This document shows positions 1 through 10,363 of a stretch of 64,000 nucleotides of DNA, piece by piece. A program made the position numbers and the translations under genes. The stretch is from assembly GCA_003649205.1 (NCBI GenBank), contig QMRC01000002.1, positions 128,001-192,000 on the forward strand, read 5' to 3'. Source of the DNA: Thermoprotei archaeon. Lineage in GTDB: Archaea > Thermoproteota > Thermoprotei > Thermoproteales > B15-G16. The notes under the pieces are model-generated. The model did not search any database. It saw nothing but the letters and a program-made list of their open reading frames with translations, and was not told the DNA's origin. Every line of letters starts with the position of its first letter. The first letter of the stretch is position 1.

Positions 1-431
1 ACTGCTTCTTTGGTATGAGGTAGGTCTTACTTAATCTACCTAATTTCTTCGCAGGTACACCTCATGTTGCTACCTCTCTTTTCCTCCTTGCGAACTTTTC
101 CTCATTATGCTGTTTTCTTGGTTTAGTTATGTTGCTATCTTGTTGCTCTCGCTGAGTTAGTTTATGTTTCTCTCGTACGTTCTTCATATTCTTTTCTTGT
201 TGTTGGGTTTGTTTTGTTGCTGCTTGTTGGTAGTTCTTTGTTAAGTGTATGTAGGAGTGTTTGTGTTTTTGGTTGTTCTGTGTGTTGTGTGTTTGTTTGA
301 TTGGTGGGATTTTGTTTTGAGACTTGGGGGTGATTTCTGTGCTGTTTTGGTTGTGTTGTTTCGTGTTCTTAGGAGGGGTGGTGTTGTGGTTTCTGATTTT
401 GGTCTTGATCCTGGTGATGTAGAGCGATTGC

Positions 432-764
432 TTGGTGTGGAGGTACGTGATAGGTGCGGGGATAAGATTTCCGTGTTTAGGTTACTTGGCTTGTGTTCTT
501 GTCTTCGTCGTGGTGTTTTTTCCTCCAGTTCCTGATCTTGTGGTTAGGCTATCGAGTGAGAGTTATGTAGTGTTGGAGCATAAGATTGGGAGGTTGGATA
601 AGGTGAAGGCGAAGTTTAGGCGTTTATTTGATAGTGGTGTGCTGAATCCTGCTGAGACTTTAGCTATTGCTAAGGTGGATACCCTAGTTGTTGGTTCTGG
701 GGCTAGGTTTTTGTACATGGTGATACCATTTATCAGAAGGGTAATGTTGAGTTTAGGGCTGTGA
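432..764 (+). CDS. hypothetical protein (uncertain)
   Basis: 110-aa ORF; the C-terminal half looks protein-like but the surrounding DNA is G/T-rich and low in complexity. Confidence 0.3.
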   Translation: MVWRYVIGAGIRFPCLGYLACVLVFVVVFFPPVPDLVVRLSSESYVVLEHKIGRLDKVKAKFRRLFDSGVLNPAETLAIAKVDTLVVGSGARFLYMVIPFIRRVMLSLGL

Positions 765-1064
765 GGATTAAGCTTTGGGATGTAGGGTTTGTGAGGTGTT
801 GATTGGTGGGTTGAAGTCAATACTTCGAGTTAATTGTGATCTTGCTGTGGCTGTTGTGTTTTGTTATGTTTGAGGGTGGCTGTGTATGCATACTGTCATG
901 ATTCTAGCCTAGGTGTATTGTGAGGTAGGGATAAGCTCCTTGTCTTGGATTTATCGTGAATTTGTCAAAGGTGTTTAGGTGTTTTTCTAAGTGGATTCTT
1001 CATATTTAGCTGCTGTTGTTTGATCTCTATTGTCTGGTTATTGCTTGTTGTTTTTATCTCTATG

Positions 1065-2957
1065 CTATATTGGTAGTTCGCTGATTTTTCTCGTTAGTAG
1101 TTCGTTTATTGTTCTTTCTGCGCATTTCTCAAGGTTTTCCCTTAATTTGCTTGGTATTTGTCCTGGTACTTCTGGCGTGTATGTTGTTCTTACTATGATG
1201 AACATGAATGGTGTGTGGGCGTGTTTGTTGAGTATGGTGATGATGTTTTCTATTTTTGCTGTTTTGTTTCCTATTACTTCATCTAGTTTTCTGAAGGCGT
1301 AGTAGTTGATTAGTAAGTAAATGTCTACTTGTCCTAAATCTCTTCTTAGTTCGGGTCCGAGGTCTTCATTTATTGTGTATTCTATGCTTGGTATGTGGTA
1401 AGTCAATATAGGGTCCATGAGTGCTCTATCTATTAGTAGGTGGCGAATCGCTGTTCCGATGTCTGTTTCCATGCCACTTGTCTTGCCTGTTCTTGCTATT
1501 CGTTGAATTATTTCTGCTAGGTGACTATAGTCCAGGGTTATTAGGTAGAAAGAGAAGTTTCCTACTTTCACCAATGGTCTTTTGAGTACTTTTACGTTGA
1601 AGTTAAATGTCTTCACGTATAGGGAGTCGAACTTTGGGTCTAGTATTGTCTGTGTGAGTACTGTTATGTTCTCTACTAATTGTGTGAGGTCTGCTCCGCG
1701 GTGTATGAAGCTTAGCATTATGTCATCTATGTTGTATAGCGCCTTTATGTTGATTACTTTGCAGTACCTTAGTATTCTGGATGTGAGGTCAAGGAGTACT
1801 TGGTCGGGTTCTAGGAGATATGCTATCAGTGCTCTGGTTAGGGTCTCTAGTCCTGCTACTGCATGACCAATGTATGAGAGTACCCTCATACAGGTGTATA
1901 CTAATCTTGTGTAGAGGCTATCTAGTAGACTTCGTGTGAAACTTTCATAGATCTTCTCGTACAGTACTCCTCTCAGGTAACTTATTGCTTCTTCAAGTGC
2001 TGATGAGAGTTTTAAGGTAGGGGTTTCTCCTTGAAAATTGATTTCGATGTACTTTTTAGCTATCTTCTTATCTTTCTCTCCTGTTCTTGCTCCTTTCAAC
2101 AGCTCTTCTATGAATTTCCTTAGTTCCTTAAGTTTGCTCTCGAATGTTTGGTAGTGTTGTTCTTCAAGAAGGTATTTGTGTGCTTCTGTGTGGTGTGTGT
2201 CTCTGAGGATCCAGTCTAGTCTGTCAGAGTTTATTCCGCCTATTCCTTTGATTGAGCCTAATATCATTTGCATGACTCTGTACTTTAGCTTTAACTCTTT
2301 ACTAGTGAGTTCACTGAATATTGGATCCCATTCTTCAACCACCACTTGAGCTATGATTTTTTGTACTAAATTCCTCTCGTACTTAATTCTGCTCTTCCCT
2401 ATGAACTCAGTAATTGCTCTCTTAAGCTGTTCATTTTCGAGGAGCAGGTATGTCGTTATTGCTAGATCGAGTTTTTTAGGTTCGAAAAGATACATCTCAT
2501 ACACTTCGGACATGTGGGATACTAGTCGTCCAGTTACTCCATCAAGTGCATGTCCAAGACCACTATGCCCAAGGTCGTGTAGGAGGGCGCTTGCTTTGAG
2601 TATTAAAACGTCCTCTTCACTTAGTATTTCGCTTATTTTACTATATGTACGTCGTAGTAATTGAGCTATTGCTGATGCTATTTCCATGACTCCTATACTG
2701 TGTTCGAATCTACTGTGATTTGCACCTGGTATGAATAGGTACGTATGCGCTAGCTGCCTTATCTGCATTAATCTTTGTACTAGCGGTATCTTTATCAGTG
2801 ATGTAAGTCCATCATCTATGATCACATTGCCTACTATTGGTATTCTGTATGTAAAGCTCTCTGTTTGTTCTTCCACATTAACTAACTTTGAGTACCTAAT
2901 TTCGTACTCCCGTACTAGAAACCAAAATAGATCTTCTAAGGGCGTTATACTGAGCAT
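1065..2957 (-). CDS. HD-domain phosphohydrolase (SAMHD1/dGTPase-like, COG1078-type) with long C-terminal extension
   Basis: Motifs QRLMQIRQL, HSRFEHSIGV, LLHDLGH, DRLDWILRD. Confidence 0.85.
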   Translation of the reverse strand: MLSITPLEDLFWFLVREYEIRYSKLVNVEEQTESFTYRIPIVGNVIIDDGLTSLIKIPLVQRLMQIRQLAHTYLFIPGANHSRFEHSIGVMEIASAIAQLLRRTYSKISEILSEEDVLILKASALLHDLGHSGLGHALDGVTGRLVSHMSEVYEMYLFEPKKLDLAITTYLLLENEQLKRAITEFIGKSRIKYERNLVQKIIAQVVVEEWDPIFSELTSKELKLKYRVMQMILGSIKGIGGINSDRLDWILRDTHHTEAHKYLLEEQHYQTFESKLKELRKFIEELLKGARTGEKDKKIAKKYIEINFQGETPTLKLSSALEEAISYLRGVLYEKIYESFTRSLLDSLYTRLVYTCMRVLSYIGHAVAGLETLTRALIAYLLEPDQVLLDLTSRILRYCKVINIKALYNIDDIMLSFIHRGADLTQLVENITVLTQTILDPKFDSLYVKTFNFNVKVLKRPLVKVGNFSFYLITLDYSHLAEIIQRIARTGKTSGMETDIGTAIRHLLIDRALMDPILTYHIPSIEYTINEDLGPELRRDLGQVDIYLLINYYAFRKLDEVIGNKTAKIENIITILNKHAHTPFMFIIVRTTYTPEVPGQIPSKLRENLEKCAERTINELLTRKISELPI

Positions 2958-2969
2958 GCTAGTTCAACT

Positions 2970-3404
2970 CTACTTCACTGTGGCTTCTACTGCCCTATCG
3001 ATTCTCCTAACATATTCGTCATAAAGTTTAACCTCGTGCCTAAAAGGAGAACCACTTATGAGTTTTGCAATACGTTCAAGTGCTCTCCTGTCTCTTATCT
3101 TAACTACATTCCTCTTTTCATCATACTCTATTATTCCACACTCTGATAACGCCTTTAAGGCTGCTTTAAATTCCTCTTCGGAGTCAAAGAGAGCTAATCT
3201 CTGTTCTCTCGGTAATTCCTCAAATACAATACGCTGGAGTTCACCGTACAAAATCTCTGTTACCTCTCTCTCACTACCCTCTCTTTCCTGTATCTTCCTT
3301 TCCATCTCAATCAAGAACTTACTTATTATGTAAGCAACGAAACCAAGCATTTTCTCCCCAGATAAACTGATAGCAGCTTTTCTCTTAACCTTACCTACGA
3401 CCAA
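2970..3404 (-). CDS. small winged-helix-like protein
   Basis: 144 aa; ALKALSECGIIEYDE..VVKI helix-plus-wing pattern; ends 12 bp before the HD gene. Confidence 0.6.
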   Translation of the reverse strand: MVVGKVKRKAAISLSGEKMLGFVAYIISKFLIEMERKIQEREGSEREVTEILYGELQRIVFEELPREQRLALFDSEEEFKAALKALSECGIIEYDEKRNVVKIRDRRALERIAKLISGSPFRHEVKLYDEYVRRIDRAVEATVK

Positions 3405-3625
3405 TTTATCTGCAATATCGTTTAACTTTGAAGTGTGCCGATGTATTAACTGCGACTAGCTGCTTTTAAACCTTGCAACTCCTTTCATGATGAAAGTAGA
3501 TTCACTGCTATTTCGTTGAGCCTTATTGCTCTGTGCTGGTCCTGTGCATCCATACTCACATTGTACGTGCTGAGGATAATTAACCTATGAACTGTGTTGG
3601 TAGTTAGTGAGATATGATCGATAAG

Positions 3626-4034
3626 CTAGAGTACCTTTGCTGCTCTCTTTATCCTCTCTAGGTACTCTCTCAGTAATGGCATTTTTCGATCAATGGATCG
3701 TTCTCTAGGTCCTTTGCTATTTGCTCTAGGGTCTTTAGATAATCTTCATTAATTTCAATGACCTTTTCGTTTTCATTGTACTTCACTATACCAAGCTTGC
3801 TAAGGTACTTCAGATCTCTTTCTAGATTTTCGTCAGATTCGTGGAATACTACTCCTTGTTCTCCCCATACTCTGTTGAAGACGAATTCTGTGAATTCATT
3901 GAATTTGAGTTTTGTTTCCTTGGTTATGCCTTTTCTCTTTAGTAGAGAGTAGAGCATGTAGCATGTGTAGAGTCGTATTTTTTGACCCTTGTGTTGATTT
4001 CAAGTACTTTCTCTGTCCTCTTTGTTTTTCTCAT
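3626..4034 (-). pseudogene. frameshifted paralog of the 2970..3404 protein
   Basis: Adding one A in each of two runs (T6 at 3978-3983, T5 at 3682-3686) gives a 136-aa protein ending PLLREYLERIKRAAKVL, matching KLYDEYVRRIDRAVEATVK. Confidence 0.7.
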
Positions 4035-4530
4035 GCTTGGGTATGGTGTTTGGTGGGTGCCTGTGTTATGGTCTTAAATTTGTTTTTGGTTGTGTAGTTT
4101 ATGGAGTATGAAGGTGATTAGTCTATCTGGAGTTGCTAGGTTTCTTGTCATGTGTTTTTGGTTCTAGTATTTTGTCGATTTGTTTATGTGGGTTTTGGTG
4201 GTTTGTTTTTGCTTTTTCTTTCTTGGTTTGTATGTGAACATTTGTTTTAGAGTATTTGTTATCGGTGTGTAGGTCTGGGTTCATGCCTTTGTACTTGGGT
4301 ACTACGTTGCTGCTGAGTACCTTCTCGTATGTAACTTGTGTTGGTTTAGTTGCTCTAGGTCTTCACATATCTTTCTTGAGGAGAGTTCATAGGTTCGTTT
4401 TAGGACTTGTTCTCTGTATTCTCTTGTTTTGGCTATGTGTTCAGTTTCTATGTTGTGATATTCGGTTAGGAAGAGCTGTGTTGTGTGGATTTTGAGAGTA
4501 ACTTTTTTAGAATGAGGGTAGGGCCTGAGT

Positions 4531-4767
4531 TTGGGATTTGAGATCGTGATTTCTGCTGAGGAGGCTATTGCGAAGGCTAGGCAGGTACTTAACAACATGG
4601 GTTTATCACTGCACTTCCTGTTTGAGGTTATACCGGGGAGAGAAGAGCTTCATGATGTGTGGTATGTACGTGCGCATACGGCGGTTGGCGCTTTGGAGGT
4701 GGTTATTGATCGTAGTAAAGGTGAGGTTCTTGCTGTGAGGAGGCTTGTTAAGAAGGTTGAAGCATGA
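4531..4767 (+). CDS. small PepSY-like protein
   Basis: ISAEEAIAKA...VWYV...EVVIDRSKGEVL matches the PepSY-like pattern. Confidence 0.5.
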   Translation: MGFEIVISAEEAIAKARQVLNNMGLSLHFLFEVIPGREELHDVWYVRAHTAVGALEVVIDRSKGEVLAVRRLVKKVEA

Positions 4768-5162
4768 GCTTTAGGAATTTGTTGGAGTATGTGAGGTATC
4801 TTGAACTTGCGAGACAGTTACTGGATAACCTTGAGGAGCTTGAGAGGAGGGGTGATTTTAGGAAGGCTAGTGAGGTGTTGTGGGGTGCTGTAGTCAATTA
4901 CACGAAAGCGTTATTGGCTTTAGTGTGTGAGAAGCCGGAGATTGTGAGGTCTATGAGACATAGAGACCTTAGAAGGGAGATGAAGTATATTGTGATGTCT
5001 GTAGGTGAAGATCCACACCTTGTAACTGAAATTGAGGCTCTTCACGCTAACTTCTATGAAGACTTCATGGATCCTGACGATTATCTGATGTATAAAAGGA
5101 AGGTTTTGAAGTATCTAAACATAGTTATGAGGAGAATTGAGCAAGTGTTTGAGCAATTTTAG
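4764..5162 (+). CDS. PaREP1 family (HEPN-like) protein
   Basis: GDFRKASEVLWGAV...H...LHANFYE; ATGA overlap with the upstream gene. Confidence 0.75.
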   Translation: MSFRNLLEYVRYLELARQLLDNLEELERRGDFRKASEVLWGAVVNYTKALLALVCEKPEIVRSMRHRDLRREMKYIVMSVGEDPHLVTEIEALHANFYEDFMDPDDYLMYKRKVLKYLNIVMRRIEQVFEQF

Positions 5163-5865
5163 GTATCTAGTCTCTAGACTTTAAGGAGTTTAGTAATCCC
5201 TTAGCTTTAGGTTAGTGGTTGTTTAGAGTTTGTGGAGAGTCATTGGATTTGGGTATGGGGAACTATGCTATCTGTGTCCTTAATGCTTCAGTGGGGGGTC
5301 GTATCAAGCTTCATGGACTTCACTTGGTACCTATTACATTTTACATTTATTTAGCGAGTTGGTTCAGGAGTAAGATTGGGGTTTGGTAGTTAACGCCATA
5401 GCTCTCTATATTTCCGTTGGTTGTACCTGAGGTGTTTGAGGTTTGGGCTTTGTTGGATGAGTTGCGTAGGAGTGGTGGGTATAGGGGTTGTTTTGTTGTG
5501 GTTGATGTGTGTGAGGTGAGGGTTGTTATTGAGTATATTCTGGAGAGGTTTGTGGAGTTAGTTGTTTAGTGTAATGGTTTTTATTCCTAGGGGTCTGTGT
5601 TAGGGTGCTTGGGGGAGGTGAGGGGACGTAGTTTTGGTCTGGCTGGGATTGAGTTGATGTTTAAGGTGGTGTCATTGGTTTTGGCTACAGCGGCTTGACT
5701 AAGATCTTTAGTCGTTTACCTGAATCTATTTCTGGTCGTTGCTGTGACTATGGTGTTGTTACTACCTTGTACGGGTTTCACGGGGATAGGCTCTACTTTC
5801 CATTTCTTTCTACTTTCTGGGAATTAAGTAAAGGAAGTAGTGTGAAGGGGAGGGGTGTAGGAGCG

Positions 5866-6279
5866 TTATTCACGGAATGAGGGTACTCTAGTAAGTATGT
5901 CGTCGAGTGCTATTAATTCCTGGTCGAAGTCACTGGTAGATAGGGTTTCCTTTTCCTTAATCTTTCTAGCTATTTCCTCAATTATTTTGTAGAGTGTGTC
6001 TAGAACTTCTTTTACCATCTTTTCGACAGCTTCTGTCAGTTCTCTTGGACCTCCCATTAGCTGGTATCTGTATGAGAGGAGGGGTCTTAGTCTAGAGGGG
6101 AGTGCCATGAGTTGATTGTCTATTATTTTTAGTGCAGGTATGTTCTTCACCATGCCAACTGTCGTAATGATTGCTGCTATATTGTACATGTAATCAAGTT
6201 CGAGTGCAGGAGAGTACTTGACCCTTTCTAGCTGTGTTTTAATTGCTTCAGCTATTTCTTCTCCTGCTAGATTAACCAT
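5866..6279 (-). CDS. hypothetical helical protein
   Basis: 137-aa ORF with protein-like composition; third of three co-oriented genes. Confidence 0.65.
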   Translation of the reverse strand: MVNLAGEEIAEAIKTQLERVKYSPALELDYMYNIAAIITTVGMVKNIPALKIIDNQLMALPSRLRPLLSYRYQLMGGPRELTEAVEKMVKEVLDTLYKIIEEIARKIKEKETLSTSDFDQELIALDDILTRVPSFRE

Positions 6280-6345
6280 GGGCTCATCTCAGGTGTTGAT
6301 GGTTTTATACGTCTTACTAGCATAGCTGCATATATGTTTAGTAGT

Positions 6346-6600
6346 CTATCTCGTGCTTTTTTTGACTTTCTTTAAAGCTTCTTCGAGTTTCTTTCTCTCT
6401 TCTTCGCTAGTTGTTTTAGATAGAGCTTCTTCAATCATTCTCTCAGTGCTCATTATGTTAACTGCGAGCTTTAGGAGGTCCTCTATACGGGGGGTTGGAG
6501 AGACTGCGATTCTGTTAGTAGCTAATTCTATGTGTTTAGCCATTTCTTCGAAATTAGCTTTCATGTTTCTACACCTCTTATTGTTTGTGATTTGATCCAT
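6346..6600 (-). CDS. hypothetical coiled-coil protein (true start probably MKANFEE)
   Basis: Charged helical ORF overlapping the upstream stop. Confidence 0.6.
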   Translation of the reverse strand: MDQITNNKRCRNMKANFEEMAKHIELATNRIAVSPTPRIEDLLKLAVNIMSTERMIEEALSKTTSEEERKKLEEALKKVKKSTR

Positions 6601-6770
6601 TTCCTAATTGCTTCTACGGGATCTGCAGTATTGTGTAGTAGTGCATCTATTACATCAGAGTACGTCACTTTCTCTCCATATTTGCTAACGTACTTTCCTA
6701 CGATTTCTACTAGCTTTCTATGTACATCTTTCCTAATTTTTATCGTTACACCTTCTCTAACCTTATCCAT
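6561..6770 (-). CDS. ribbon-helix-helix-like DNA-binding protein
   Basis: VTIKIRKDVHRKLVEI...TYSDVIDALL strand-helix-helix pattern. Confidence 0.65.
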   Translation of the reverse strand: MDKVREGVTIKIRKDVHRKLVEIVGKYVSKYGEKVTYSDVIDALLHNTADPVEAIRKWIKSQTIRGVET

Positions 6771-6779
6771 ATCTTCACC

Positions 6780-6797
6780 GTTACTAACGTTAGTAAC
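6780..6797. promoter_or_regulatory. perfect 18-bp palindrome, putative operator
   Basis: GTTACTAACGTTAGTAAC between a TTTAAA box (6803-6808) and the start codon at 6770. Confidence 0.7.
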
Positions 6798-7530
6798 ATC
6801 TCTTTAAATTACTTCCCCTATGTAAGCTTTGTGTTTTCTTGAGTTAGGTGTTTCTTCTGTTTTGTGGTTTGGGGGTTTGTACGTTATTGGTATGTAGGTT
6901 GTGTGGGTTGGTGTGGTGTTTCTAGTTGGAGGTGGTATCGCTAATGATCTTGATAGTGAGGTTGATCTTGAGTGCTCTGATCATGTAGGTTTCTGGTCCT
7001 GCTGCGTAAGTTGTTTGGGGTGGGTTTGTGGGAGTGTGCTGGGTTTGGTTTTGCTGCCTAGGATTGATTTAATTTATCGTGAGGTTTCCTTCTCGTGATG
7101 TTGTTAGGCGCTTCTTCTATGTGCTTGCTCAGCTCAATTACGGTGGTATGTGGTATTTTCTCGAATAGTGGTTCTTCTGTGTCTATTTTAACTGATAGAG
7201 ATGCTCTCAGGGTCTTTGGGGGTGTTGGTAGGGTGCTTGAGCTAGCTAAACGTAGTCTTGTTGGTATTGGTGGGTATGCTAATACTTATGTTGTTGGGGA
7301 TGTTGTTTTGAAGTTAGTTGATGTTTTTGATCATAGGGTTTCTGTAACGTTTAGGTTGTCGAGGTTGTACGTTGTTACGCATTTGAGGAGATTTCGGGGG
7401 CGGGAGTTTAGGGATGCTGTATTTCAGGTACCTAGTTTGCTTGGAAGTGATGTGCTTCAGTGTGCACATGTTGATTTGGATTACGTGGTGATGAGATTTT
7501 GGAGTTTGACGTGATAGCTATGTGGTGTAG

Positions 7531-8835
7531 ATGCTGGGGTTTTCTGCAAAACAATATTATGTTGTGTACTGGGAATTTAGGTGGTGGGTGCTTGTTGTGA
7601 TTCGGTTTTTGAGACTCATTAACTTTAGGTTATTTGAGTATCTTGAATTGCCTCTCAATCAGGTGACAATACTTGTTGGTAGAAATAATACGGGGAAGAG
7701 TACTGTGGTAGAGGCTCTTGCTATTGTACTGTCTTTGCCGAGGAGATTTCATGATGTGTTGGGTTTAGATATTGTTGAGGTCATGGAGAGGTACAGAGGT
7801 GGATGTAAGTACCTTGTTAGGACTGGTGCGCCTTATTCAGAGGTAGAGCTTAGGCTAGATGATGAGACTATTAGGGCGACTGTCTTGACTGGTCCGCTTC
7901 AGGATAAGGAGGGTCTGCTGAGGGAAGCTGGACATTTGTGGGAGGGTATTCTGCGGTTACTTATGGAGAGAGCTAGGACTAAGTTCAGAGAGAAGTTGAG
8001 GGATTTAGAAGCTGAGATTAGGGCACTAGAGCATAGGTACAGGATACTTGAGTCAAGAGCACTTGAGAAGAAGCTTGAGGCTTTGAGAATGCAGATGGAG
8101 GATCTTGTTAGGAGGGAGAGTGAGTTTGTTGCGCAGTATCTAAGGGAGGACTTGAAGAGGGAGGACCTTTTAGCTGCTGTGCTGCAGCGGGGGGATTCAC
8201 TTCTTTGTGCAGGTTATGTGACTTTGAGAGATAAGGAAGTTGCAGTTGAGATATTTGACAGTGAGTGCATAGTGAAGTTACCGCAGGTTCTAGTTCGAGT
8301 ACCCTGGCTTAGGAGAGACCTAAAGGGTTTGCTCACAAGACTTGAGCAGGAGGTGGAGCCTCTGCTTAGGGTAGTGGAATTTCTCAGAAAGGAGGTCCCT
8401 TACTTCTGGGACTTACGTGGTGAGAAGATTGTGTTTAGGTTTGGTGAGAGGACTGAGATAGTGCCTTTAGATGCTACTGGTGATGGGTTGAGATCTCTAA
8501 TAGAGCTTTTAGTTCCCATATCTCTTGGTGCGGAGTTAGTTCTTCTTGAGGAGCCAGAGCGCCACATGCATCCGGGGTACCTAGATATCTACTGTCGAGA
8601 GTTAGTGAAGCAGTTGAGGAAAGAGAATGCGAAAACACAGTATGTAATTACGACGCATAGTCTTGAGTTCCTTAGAGACATTCTAGATCATGCACGGGAG
8701 GAAGAGGTATTGGACAAGGTAACAGTGGTTCGCCTCCATAGACTACCTGACGGTACGGTAGATGCTGAGGTAATTCCAGGAAAGGAAGCCTACAATGAGT
8801 TGGAGGAGCTAGGAAGTGATCTGAGGGGGATCTAG
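7531..8835 (+). CDS. ABC-type ATPase (AAA_15/AAA_21, OLD-like); true start probably near 7597
   Basis: NFRLF, Walker A GRNNTGKS, coiled-coil insert, GDG signature, LLEEPERHMHP, TTHS. Confidence 0.9.
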   Translation: MLGFSAKQYYVVYWEFRWWVLVVIRFLRLINFRLFEYLELPLNQVTILVGRNNTGKSTVVEALAIVLSLPRRFHDVLGLDIVEVMERYRGGCKYLVRTGAPYSEVELRLDDETIRATVLTGPLQDKEGLLREAGHLWEGILRLLMERARTKFREKLRDLEAEIRALEHRYRILESRALEKKLEALRMQMEDLVRRESEFVAQYLREDLKREDLLAAVLQRGDSLLCAGYVTLRDKEVAVEIFDSECIVKLPQVLVRVPWLRRDLKGLLTRLEQEVEPLLRVVEFLRKEVPYFWDLRGEKIVFRFGERTEIVPLDATGDGLRSLIELLVPISLGAELVLLEEPERHMHPGYLDIYCRELVKQLRKENAKTQYVITTHSLEFLRDILDHAREEEVLDKVTVVRLHRLPDGTVDAEVIPGKEAYNELEELGSDLRGI

Positions 8836-8837
8836 CT

Positions 8838-9419
8838 ACGGGTTCTAGACTATGCCTTTGTGAGGGTTCAGTGGATGCTGAGCTATTGTGTGAGGTGTTT
8901 AGACGAATTGTAGGACGGGAAGCACGAGTACGGAGGTTTACAGAGAAGGATTCTGTCATTCGGAGACTTGTAAGTGAGGGACTTAAGGGGCAGCAATCAA
9001 CGTGTAGTTTCATAATCGTTGAGGAGGGTAAACAGAGGTTACTCAGTAATGCTGCACTGCTTGTGTCAAAGCTTCGTAGTATCTCTAGGGATTTTAGCTT
9101 AGTACTCCTTGTGGATACTGATCATAACTATCCCGGTGATGTGGCTCAAGAACTTAGGAGGAGGATCAGCAATATCGTGAGACAGAGGTTTAGGACGGAA
9201 TTTAGGCCTCAAATTGGTGTAGTTAAGTCTACAGAGCACTACTACGTTATAACTGTTACTTATCCTCGTGGTAGAGCTATAGTAATGCACTTAGTCACGG
9301 TACCTCAATCGCTTGAGCATTGGCTTAGCATGTATGGTAATGATGTACGTAGCCTGATAGCAAAGCGAGGCACTATTCCATGGCTACAGAACCTTTGTGA
9401 AGTGCTTCAGAGGCAGTGA
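8838..9419 (+). CDS. Toprim-like partner of the ATPase (DUF3226/DUF4276-like)
   Basis: In-frame LCLCEGSVDAE lies upstream of the ORF-track start; LLVDTD and SLEHW downstream. Confidence 0.6.
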   Translation, partial: TGSRLCLCEGSVDAELLCEVFRRIVGREARVRRFTEKDSVIRRLVSEGLKGQQSTCSFIIVEEGKQRLLSNAALLVSKLRSISRDFSLVLLVDTDHNYPGDVAQELRRRISNIVRQRFRTEFRPQIGVVKSTEHYYVITVTYPRGRAIVMHLVTVPQSLEHWLSMYGNDVRSLIAKRGTIPWLQNLCEVLQRQ

Positions 9420-9835
9420 TGTGGCTTTCTGCTTTCTCTATACCATCCGCGATATTGCTTGAGATAGTTGTCACGGTGCGATACCTGGTGTTGTTTGTAG
9501 TTCTTCACCATTTCTTCATTTCTGGTGTCTGGTTTCGGTGGAAGGTAGATTTTCATGGTACGTAGTACACGTCGATCCAAGTAAAGTTAGCTAGAACAGT
9601 GAGGTGCGGGAAGTTGTACATTTATCGCAAATCTCTAGTTACCTTAAGACGTAAGCAACGTACTGAACGACTTGAGTAATGCCTTGTTCACAGCGTTATC
9701 CATAGCTAAGTGGAATCAGCAGTACTACTCAGTAGCTCCAGATCTCGACATCAAGCACCAATTGCTCACTGTGTTGAAGCAAGTCTCTTTTAAGGAAAGT
9801 GAGCTACTTCAAGATCAGTGGAGGATGGTCTTGCT

Positions 9836-9982
9836 ATGGGTGAGGAGAAGGTTCTAGAGTTCAACATTGACGAGGTTCTGAAGGGTAGGTGTATCATCAA
9901 GAGGTTCGGTAAGGAGAAGGTGGTCATCTGCAGGGAGGGTGATACGATCAAGATATACTTTGTCGAAAGAGAGGAGAGCTAA
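9836..9982 (+). CDS. 48-aa hypothetical protein
   Basis: MGEEKVLEFNIDEVLKGRCIIKRFGKEKVVICREGDTIKIYFVEREES; GGAGG upstream; below ORF-track cutoff. Confidence 0.55.
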   Translation: MGEEKVLEFNIDEVLKGRCIIKRFGKEKVVICREGDTIKIYFVEREES

Positions 9983-9999
9983 TTTCTGGAAAGTGAGCT

Positions 10000-10215
10000 A
10001 TGTTGAAGTTACTGAGTAAGCTACTCAGTGGTATACGCTTTGTGCTGGAGTACCGTAAGTATAGAGCCACCAGTGTAATTCGGATAGAGAGGTCGTGGCG
10101 CAAACCATGCGAATGGGCCATAGAGTACATCTGGGACTGGAGATAACTGAGAACCAGGAAGTTCGCTATCCATGTCGATGAGGCTGGTAACGTCAAGATC
10201 AGAGAAATTACGTAG
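10000..10215 (+). pseudogene. small ORF with internal TAA at 10144-10146
   Basis: Protein-like frame continues past the stop (LRTRKFAIHVDEAGNVKIREIT). Confidence 0.35.
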
Positions 10216-10363
10216 ATGTACGAAAAGGAAGTAGGTCCTCATCACTAGTGGAGCTGACTCTGCAAATTACACATTAAGTTGTGCTTTAGCGATGGGTGGT
10301 GGGGGTCACTTACCAGGAATGGGTGCTTTGTGAGGGTTGTGCTCGGGTAGGTGAGGTAGGTAC

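Noticed and set aside
245-535. V/L/C/F-rich ORFs in G/T tracts (also 3912, 4256, 6901, 21897)
   Set aside because: Composition is explained by low-complexity G/T DNA; no motifs
7095-7514. 139-aa ORF upstream of the ATPase
   Set aside because: Could be a decayed gene, but no family is recognisable and it is strongly G/T-biased
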